Shown here: positions 57,101 to 64,000 of the stretch, one piece after another | Layout of the letters: each line of letters starts with the position of its first letter | Position numbering within the stretch: the stretch's first letter is position 1 | NCBI GenBank assembly: GCA_001724265.1 | Contig: MEDY01000079.1 | Coordinates: 62,001-126,000, forward strand | Length of the DNA stretch: 64,000 nt | Direction of reading: 5' to 3' | Source: Rhizaria sp. SCN 62-66 | Taxonomy: Eukaryota | Notes under the pieces: model-generated | What the model saw: the letters and a program-made list of their open reading frames with translations, nothing else | What the model was told of the DNA's origin: nothing | Databases searched by the model: none | Made by a program: the position numbers and the translations under genes

Positions 57101-60100
57101 CTGCCGAGACTGAGAGCAAGGCCGCCACCGCTATTGTTGCGGCGAGCTCGGCGGCGTCTGCGCAGGCGGACATGGCCGCGCTCGTGGCGCAGCTGCGCGA
57201 GAAGTTTCCTGACGTCATCGTCGAGCACGCGCCCGCACCTGCCACTGCTTCCGCCGTTTCTGCCGCTGCTGACGCCGCCGCTGCACCCCCGGGCACTGCC
57301 GCCCAAGAGGAGTCTGCCTCGGCCTCGGCCCCAGCCTCGGCGACGGGGTCGGCGACTGCGCTGGCGCGGCTGTACCTGCCGAGCGCGGCGGCGGGCGACC
57401 TTAACAGCCTGCTGGGCGCCGTTGAGGCCGCGGAGCCGCCCGTGGAGCTGGCGCTGGCGCACCGGTCGCTGCTGCAAGCGGTCCGCGAGACGGCTGCGCT
57501 CGTGCCCGTGGTCACCGACAAGCAGGTCCGCGAGGCGCGCCGCAAGATCCGCATCCGCTCGCTGCTGCTGCGCCGCTCGGAGCACAGCCGCAGCCGCAGC
57601 CGCAGCGAGGCGGCCGCGCGCAAGAAGCCCGGCAAGCCCGCGCGCGGCGCCCACGGCGTGCGCGGCGATGACAACGCCGACGGCGATGACGATGACGAGG
57701 CTGGTAGCGACGGCGCCGACCTCGACCTCGACTACGACTCGGTTGGTAACGGCGACGACTACGATGATGATGATGATGATGACGAGGTCGTGTTCCGCAG
57801 CGGCACCATCCTGCCAGACTCCGACGCCGTCTCCTCGTCATCTGCCTCCGCCGCTGCTGCCGGTGGTGCCGCTGTCCCCGCGCTGCCGGCGCTGCCCGCG
57901 CTGCCGGCGCTGCCCGCGCTGCCGGCGCTGCCCGCGCCGTCGACGCTGTCGTGGCGCATCCCCGGCGCGCGCGCCGCGCCGCAGGCGTACGGGCACTTCG
58001 TCGAGGACGCGGGCGAGGCCAAGGTAGCCACGGCGTGCGCGTCGCCGCCCGCGCACGTGCGCGTGCTGCTGAGCAAACGCGTCAAGACGGGCTGGCGCCT
58101 GGCCCCGCCGGAGCACTTGCTGCTGCTGCTCGTAGGGATCGCCGTGTGCGTGGCCGCCGTGATCATGGGCACGGTGCGTTACCGCAACTTCACCACGCCC
58201 GGGCTGCCGCCGATGCCCAACTCGCTGGCCGAGTCTGTGGGGTCTGACCTGGTGACAGGCCGCTCGCCCGTGCTCGCCATGGGGCCCGCCAACTACCCCG
58301 TGTACACGGCCGTGGACTTCGTCGACTACGCCAACTCGACGGCCACGCGCCCGCTCGTGCGCGGCTTCGCGCTGGGCGAGGAGATGGCCGACGCCGAGGC
58401 CGTCGCCGAGCCCGACGCGCTGGGCATGCAGCCTACGCGCGTGCTCTTCCCTGGCCCGCCCAGCGTGGATGGCATGCAGGACTACCTGCTCGTCAGCGGC
58501 GAGGACCGCCCGTTTGCGCACCAGCGCCTCTTCAGCTACGTCGTCAACAGCGCCGCGGCGTTCCCGGCGCACGAGCAGGAAGACGTCATCCAGACGCAGT
58601 TCGACGTCACAGTCTTTTTCAACACTTCGTCGGTGCTGTCGGTGCCCGCTGCGATCGAGTACTTCGACAACATGCTGCTCAAGGCGTCGCACGCGGCGCG
58701 GCTCGACTCGCGCGTGACGCTGCTGGGCGACGACGCCGCGGGCGCCGACTCGGTGCGCGACGTCGACACGCTGCTGCTGCTGCTTAAGGCGACCAAGGAG
58801 GGCGACACGGTGGCGATGAACCGCGCCGAGCTTGCGACCGTCGTGGACGCGACGGCGCCCGTGCTCATCGGGCTCGCCAACATCCGCTGGTCCGGCATGA
58901 ACGTGCTGGGCAAGACGTGGCACCGCGAGCTGGCCTTCGTCCTGGGGCTGGGGCTCGTGCTGGGCGTGCTGACCAGCTTCACTGCAAACTGGCTCATCCG
59001 CGAACGCGTGTCGGGGCTCAAGGCACGCCAGTACCTCGGCTTCGGCGTCACGCCGCTGGCCTACTGGGCGCCAGTAGTCATGGTCGACGCCGCGTTCCTG
59101 GCCCTTGTCGTCGTGGTGAACCTCTTCCTGCAGACGCTGAGCTACTGGACCGAGAACGCGGTCGGCGTGCTGGCCGTCGTGGGCGTCATCACCGGCACCT
59201 ACCTGCGCAGCTTCATCTCGGCCGCGCCCATGGGCGGGCTGGGGTTCATCTTCCACGTTGCCGCCACCACGTGCTGGATGGCCATGTCCTTCTTCCTCGT
59301 TGACGTGGCCTGGATCGTGCTCGCCGCCGTCGTCGCCGCCGTCTTTGCCGTCGCCGCCGTCGTCTGCGAGCTCATCTCACCCTTCGACACCGTCTCCGCC
59401 AAGAACTGGTGCCCCTACTTCTGCGCCTCGTTCGAAGACACCACGCGCAAGGCTTCCGGTCGCGTCGCCCGCGTCATCGCCGGCGGCGAGGCTTCCCCTG
59501 CTCCCCTCGGCGCTCCCGGCGCTGGCTCTGGCGCTGTTGGCGCTGTGGAGATGACCGCGCTTGGCGAGTCCGCCGCCACCGCTGAGGTGTGGGTGGACCC
59601 GGCTGTGGCGGCCGAGCAGTCGCGTATCGAGCGCTCGCAGTGCGCGGACCCCGTGCGGTTCCCGCTCGTCGTGCGCGACGTACGCATGCGCTCGCGCCGC
59701 GGGCAGCCCGCCGCGCTGAACCACGTCTCGGTTGCCGTGCCGTCGGGCGAGATCCTCGTCGTCGTCGGCTCCGAGGGCTCGGGCAAGACCGCGCTCACCG
59801 AGGTGCTCAGCGGCCACACGTCGCCCAGTGGCGGTGAGGTCTACGTGCGCGGACACGCGCTTAACACGGAGCTGCGCGCGCAAAACTCGTGCGTGTCGAC
59901 CTACGGCAACAAAGACGTCGTCGTGCGCCACGTCGGCTCGCTGCTGCACAGGTCCACCGCGCGCCTAGGCGCGGCCGCCAACGCGTCCTTTGCGGCACGC
60001 TCCCCCGCGGCGGCGGCGCACCGCGACGGGCTGTTCGACGTGCTCACCGGCCGCGAACACGTCGTCATGATCGCGCGGCTGCGCGGCGCGCCCGCCAACG

Positions 60101-60816
60101 CCGAGACGTTCCTCTTCGCCGAGGAAGTGCTCGCGCACATGGGGCTGCTGGGCGTGGCTGACAGCAAGCTGGTCGACTGGTCGCCCGCGTCGCGGCGCCG
60201 CCTTGCGCTTGCGCTCGCGCTGGTAGGCGACCCCGACGTGCTGGTGCTGGACCAGCCCACGCGCGACATGGACGCAGACACCCGCCGCTTCATCTGGCAG
60301 CAGGTGTTGCTTAACCACGGCAGCGGGAGCGGCGGCGCCGAGGAGCGCTCGACGGTGCTGACCACGGACTCGGTCGAGGAGGCCGCGCTCGTCGGTGACC
60401 GGATTGCGCTCATGCACGGCGGCAAGATCCGCGCGCTGGGCACGCCCGCGCGGCTGGCCAAGCTCGCCGCCGCGCTGCTGTGCCTCACGCTGCGGGTCAA
60501 ACCGGGCACGAGCGCGCAGGCCGTGCGCTGGGTCAAGACCGCGTTCCCGGGCGCGAGCGTGATTGAGGACGGATCGGACGCGAGTCTCTCGCCGCGGCTC
60601 GTCTTTACGATCCCCAAGCGCGCCGACGGGCTGTACACGCCCGTGCTGGACGCGCTCGAGGCCAAGCTCGCCAAGCCAGGCGCCGGGACCGACGCGTTCA
60701 TCGTCATCTTCACGCTCTGCGACGCCACGCTCGAGACGCTACTTATGCGCGTTAACACAAGCACCGATGAGGACAACGCCGCGGCCGCCGCAGATGACTT
60801 TGACGACGACGCGTGA
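54142..60816 (+). CDS. ABCA-family full transporter (TMD-NBD-TMD-NBD) with degenerate NBD motifs
   Basis: N-terminal L..RLVLRKRN..LELVVP; GDSGAGKTT / ILLDEP; second half ERVSGLKARQ, GSEGSGKT / LVLDQP; terminal TLETL; ends TGA. Confidence 0.87.
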   Translation: MWSALRSLLWSRLVLRKRNWVTSVLELVVPMLAFVVILYPFAVDVSSPLERAIIPTEPIDRLVYQQRSVLSVFVEPEAFAKPLATYLKAFNITLLDAPSRSGYLITLDVTGNSGWTAIKHPDADVLGPTSTNARASAHADPIRAAFAARAVRASRHRALALRKSTATATAATAATGAAGRSNAVRRGSTVPRGDLAPRDDDAEDDSGSSDSGGSDGDSDSESDSGSGSGDESDSGSGGGSGGDDDDDGDAAEKEVEEFPWRPTYAYSVRPQARSPLLFSWWNEPSSLFSIFPRTYMDADACSAFLDCGKDARGPGVETPDAAARGLVMLQHLVNSFVLELQGATARGPSSTAAPAVKLSKDQKLSFVPMARAAGTVLPSTAGETSLLAAVAVFVAVLCLASMRLSADLFKFRHSRGFDALRLMGTGPGLVWFATAAVALVVVLGSSLLLALAATARVFPRTSLLHAWVMFLAMCSAITAYLACGSVLAQRSSLRLLVGVLVNAVLVAAVGIYNATTPTARLFENVPDTVTAMLAVLWPSMAAVQMLSALVRLEGSGVGLILEAINTNTLGVSYLVYVPCSFFAAWMYIVLGVYCDNVYTLDRSIALSWFFCLSPSYWCGTRNNRASGVITSLFVDRNSHAMVGYLEAGDDDGARSRGGAPLSAIDDVNLATGPGAPQQSAGGTGADAGAAAAAAQAASRVEPAPPAPAVPGSSGGRPSTTAATAFVQVSQLTYVPPTRQSAAPVLALSEVSADFYHGQITAVVGDSGAGKTTLLNAVAARIMPTSGSVRVMGTSTQADAESVRATVGICPPWSALDPELTVEQTLVLFGGIKGISRWELGGAIEFILQLYAPAAGGAPADTALLRATPVRALRHSQRQRLAVAIALLGPAQVILLDEPAEGLTARDRAGMWQLLRRVKEDKTVLVATRHVSQALEIADRVLVLSHGQLSVCGSPRWLAAKLHTGYTISLRYAAHNAAAAIAAAVNDTAETESKAATAIVAASSAASAQADMAALVAQLREKFPDVIVEHAPAPATASAVSAAADAAAAPPGTAAQEESASASAPASATGSATALARLYLPSAAAGDLNSLLGAVEAAEPPVELALAHRSLLQAVRETAALVPVVTDKQVREARRKIRIRSLLLRRSEHSRSRSRSEAAARKKPGKPARGAHGVRGDDNADGDDDDEAGSDGADLDLDYDSVGNGDDYDDDDDDDEVVFRSGTILPDSDAVSSSSASAAAAGGAAVPALPALPALPALPALPALPAPSTLSWRIPGARAAPQAYGHFVEDAGEAKVATACASPPAHVRVLLSKRVKTGWRLAPPEHLLLLLVGIAVCVAAVIMGTVRYRNFTTPGLPPMPNSLAESVGSDLVTGRSPVLAMGPANYPVYTAVDFVDYANSTATRPLVRGFALGEEMADAEAVAEPDALGMQPTRVLFPGPPSVDGMQDYLLVSGEDRPFAHQRLFSYVVNSAAAFPAHEQEDVIQTQFDVTVFFNTSSVLSVPAAIEYFDNMLLKASHAARLDSRVTLLGDDAAGADSVRDVDTLLLLLKATKEGDTVAMNRAELATVVDATAPVLIGLANIRWSGMNVLGKTWHRELAFVLGLGLVLGVLTSFTANWLIRERVSGLKARQYLGFGVTPLAYWAPVVMVDAAFLALVVVVNLFLQTLSYWTENAVGVLAVVGVITGTYLRSFISAAPMGGLGFIFHVAATTCWMAMSFFLVDVAWIVLAAVVAAVFAVAAVVCELISPFDTVSAKNWCPYFCASFEDTTRKASGRVARVIAGGEASPAPLGAPGAGSGAVGAVEMTALGESAATAEVWVDPAVAAEQSRIERSQCADPVRFPLVVRDVRMRSRRGQPAALNHVSVAVPSGEILVVVGSEGSGKTALTEVLSGHTSPSGGEVYVRGHALNTELRAQNSCVSTYGNKDVVVRHVGSLLHRSTARLGAAANASFAARSPAAAAHRDGLFDVLTGREHVVMIARLRGAPANAETFLFAEEVLAHMGLLGVADSKLVDWSPASRRRLALALALVGDPDVLVLDQPTRDMDADTRRFIWQQVLLNHGSGSGGAEERSTVLTTDSVEEAALVGDRIALMHGGKIRALGTPARLAKLAAALLCLTLRVKPGTSAQAVRWVKTAFPGASVIEDGSDASLSPRLVFTIPKRADGLYTPVLDALEAKLAKPGAGTDAFIVIFTLCDATLETLLMRVNTSTDEDNAAAAADDFDDDA
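57877..57936 (+). repeat. Coding 9-nt tandem repeat (CCSGCGCTG), encoding (PAL)6 in the ABCA linker
   Basis: Read directly. Confidence 0.85.
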
Positions 60817-60990
60817 ACGAACGAACGGGTTAAATGTTATTGATGTGTGTCGTCGACTAGTAAACAGCTGTCTTTGTTCTGTGTAATAGCCCTTATCAGA
60901 TGCTTATGTTGTGTTCGTGTGATGAACTGTCCGTCACAGCTGTTGTCATTGATGTTATTGTTTTAAAAAAGCACAGATCCACGAGCCTCA

Positions 60991-61017
60991 ACAAGGCTGT
61001 GTCTGACACAGCCTTGT
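60991..61017. repeat. Perfect 13-bp inverted repeat with 1-nt spacer
   Basis: ACAAGGCTGTGTC-T-GACACAGCCTTGT, ~175 nt downstream of the ABCA stop. Confidence 0.85.
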
Positions 61018-61567
61018 GTCTGTACTAGCTCAGGTTATTGCTCACTGACCGGCAACGTTTTGTTTCTCTGTTTCAAATTCTACTTGTTGTATTACGAATA
61101 AACTTTTAAGTTAAGATATCGTGTGTTACTAATGAATATCAAGTTTTGTATGCTTCGCTGCAATTGTATCTGACATACCTTCTTAAAATTACAATTGTAA
61201 CCGCAGTCCACGCTCACTCACCACAACTCGTGTCCACACATGACGTGAGGTAAGAAAATAGAGAGAACCTTCTGATGTTGAAAGATCTTCAATGTGTTGT
61301 CGACATGGTTCATAGTAATTCATCTTTTGATTTGAACTCAAATCTGTAATTATACCATACGAATTGCTGATCTCCTGTCATAATCACACTTCAAAGGCGA
61401 CCTAACACCTCGTCAAACCGAAGCCTCGCGAAGGTTCACATTTCGCAGGTCGGTGGAGTCATATCTCGTTACAACGCGTTGCGTTTTAAAGTGCGACTGT
61501 ATGCGTATTTTATACGTGTTTTTACATTGCTTATAGTTGATATCTACCTTGTTTCCTTTGTGTTTAG

Positions 61568-64000
61568 ATGCCTGCTAAAGCACGACGACCTGCGTCAACG
61601 AGCAGCCAGTCGTCGCAAGCCACCTCTGGTCCTCCAGAGAGTCGCCAATTGCAACTCAACCTTCCGCGAATGTCGAGTATTGGTACATTAAGTGTGTCGC
61701 CTAACTTAGCGGTGACCAACGCCAACAATACCATTTCCGACGTGATTGATATCAGTGACGACTCCAGCTCAGTCAGCACCACGACAACAGCTGCCCCTGA
61801 TGTGGAGACGATGGATGTCATCAGGCAGTCCACGCAGACTACCAACGCTGCGGACGCGATCGAAAAGCCCGCTCCATTGACTCGCACACTAGGTGGCGTC
61901 GGCCTGAACCAGTTTGGCGTCTTCAAGCTCGCCAGCAAGACCCCCGCGGCCACGGCTCCAGCAGCTGCGGCCCCTGCACACGGCCCGCAGCTCCCGCCCG
62001 CGCGTTCCGTGTCCACCGCACGCCCGCCGCCGGCGCCCGCCGTGGCGTCTGCCGCCGTGTTGCCGGCCGCGATTCCCGCTCAGGTGCGCCAGGCGTCGGT
62101 GCCGGCCTTCACCGTCGAGCCGGTCTCGGCCAGCGCACTGCGCGTCTCCGCCAGCTCGCTGCGCGCCGCGGCCGCCGCTGTCACGCCGCGGCGCTCGCCG
62201 CGCGCCGCGCTGGGTGACCCGCTCGACGGCGGCAGCGCCCTCAGCCTCATGTCTGCGCTACCGCCGCCGCCACCACCGCCGCCGCAGGCGCCCGTGGTGC
62301 TGGCTGCGCCGGCGCCGCTGCACCGCGAGGCGTCGGCGGTCGGCGGCCGCTACGGGCTCAAGCGCGCCAACGCGTACACCCTCGGCGATTCCATCAGCTC
62401 TGCAACAAGCGCCGCTACAGGCGCAGGCGCCGCTACAGGCGCAGGCGCCGCTGCGGCGCGCTTGCGGCGCGCGGGCAGCGTCCTGCCATTCGACGGCACC
62501 GCTCAGCAGCAGTCCCGCTCGGCGGTCTCGTGGGGGGAAGCCGGCGACGGCGGCGGCGCTGGTGGTGGCGATATAGCGGCGACGCAGCGCGACGTGTTAG
62601 CGACGCAGCGCGATGTGGTGGCGACACAACGCGACGGGCTGCGGCTGCTGGTCACGCAGTCGGGCGTTGCGGTCTCACAGCAGCACGGCGGCGGCGGCGG
62701 TGGCGGGTTCGGACTGCACTCGGTGTCGCAGTGGGACGGCGCGTGCACGCCGTCTGACCAGCCCGTGCGCGCGCGCAGCGACTTTGAGGTCGCCGAGGAG
62801 CTCCACAACCAGCGCGAGGTGCGGCTCGCCACCGCCGCCGCCGTGCAGCCGCCGGGTCTGCGCGCGCTCCGCGGCCCGCCCGTGCCGCCGCAGCGCGGCC
62901 GGCTTACCAGCGGCGTGTCGGCGCTGCGCCGCTTCGACCTCGACTCGAGTGACAGCGCGCCCGCAGCGTCTGCGCCTGCGTTCGGCAACGCGGGCCTGCC
63001 GCCGCGTGCGCCGCTTAAGACCGCGGCGGCTCCGGCGGCTGCGGCCGGAGCGGGGCGCGGGCTACTGAGCCAAACCGTGACGTCGATTGACCCTTTTGGG
63101 CTCGGTACACAGGGAACTCAGGCTACGCAGAGCGGTGCGGGTGATGACGCGGACAACGGCGGCGCGGGCAGCGGCCGCCGCAGCAGCAAGCGGAGCCGGC
63201 GCGCGTCGGACGGCCCGCCCGTGCCCGCGCTGCCCACGCTCACGTTCGGCGACGACGGCGACGGGGACGACGACGCCGCAGTGGAGGGCGATGTTGCGCT
63301 TACGCCGTTTGTGCCGCCCCTTTCGGGCGAGACGGCGGCGCACGACGACGCGCTCGGGGCCCAGACGGCCCAGATGACCCAGATAGCCCGCGACGCGCGC
63401 AAGGACAGCCCTGTGATGTACGCCAGCTCGGGACGCTCGGGCCGCCCCAGGCCCAGGTCCTCGACGAGCGCCGGCGCTAGTGCCGGTGCGGGTCCCTCCG
63501 CGCTACTGGCGCCGAGCGCGCGCGCCGCGACGGCGGCCCGGCAGTGGACAACGAACCCGTTCGTGCAGTGCGTGGAGGCCTCGGCAGAGCTTGCGGCGCT
63601 GGTCGCGGCCCAGGTCCGCGCCGCGCTTGGCTCCGGGCTCGACTGGGAGCTCCCGCGTGGCGGCGCGGCGCGGACTCTTGTCGCACCGTCGGACCGCCTC
63701 AAGGCGTTGCTTGCATCCACGGTGACGAGCTTCAACCTTGAATCAGTCCCGCTTATTTCCTCCGTCTACGAGACCATTAACAATGACCGCGCAAAAGGTT
63801 TGTGCACTTGACTGACATGTTGATCATTTTTTTACTCTGTTCATTGATTTCTCCTATATTTGTCTTAACTCACGCCGTCATGTGTATCATCTCTATCGTT
63901 TTCATTTACCTCTTGTGTTATAGGTCACTTCGGTGAAATTTTCAAAGTCATTGACAAGCGCAACGGTTGTCCTTTCGCCGTCAAGCGTCTGCGGCGCGCT
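61568..64000 (+). CDS. Protein kinase, probably Wee1/Myt1-like, 3'-partial; exons 61568-63797, 63924->64000
   Basis: Long disordered N-terminus with an NPF motif; after intron 63798-63923 the frame reads GHFGEIFKVIDKRNGCPFAVKR (kinase subdomains I-II). Confidence 0.65.

Noticed and set aside
85-63741. Hundreds of long overlapping or antisense ORFs in the track (Arg/Ala/Pro-rich)
   Set aside because: Shadow frames expected from very high GC content; no domain motifs.
1-64000. CRISPR arrays, rRNA, transposases
   Set aside because: None recognised; repeats are microsatellites or coding low-complexity tracts.

Overview
Gene-dense nuclear DNA of a eukaryotic microbe, probably a ciliated/flagellated protist (it encodes PPIL6- and ARL13-like domains). 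Exons are very GC-rich and Ala-rich; introns and intergenic spacers are short and AT-rich. About 19 protein genes can be modelled. Main observation: the genetic code looks non-standard. Nine in-frame TAG codons interrupt seven otherwise intact genes, several inside recognisable domains or a poly-Gln run, while all 18 gene ends I could model are TAA (9) or TGA (9) and none is TAG. The simplest reading is that UAG alone is a sense codon, most likely Gln. Second: a single-polypeptide fatty acyl-AMP ligase + ACP + type III polyketide synthase (32911-39087) with intact catalytic motifs. Also notable: a PPIL6-cyclophilin/ARL13-GTPase fusion, a membrane phosphodiesterase lacking two metal-binding His, an ABCA transporter with two degenerate ATPase sites, a bacterial RsmF-type m5C methyltransferase, and a dominant GTACG splice donor. 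All calls come from manual translation and motif recognition; no searches were run.
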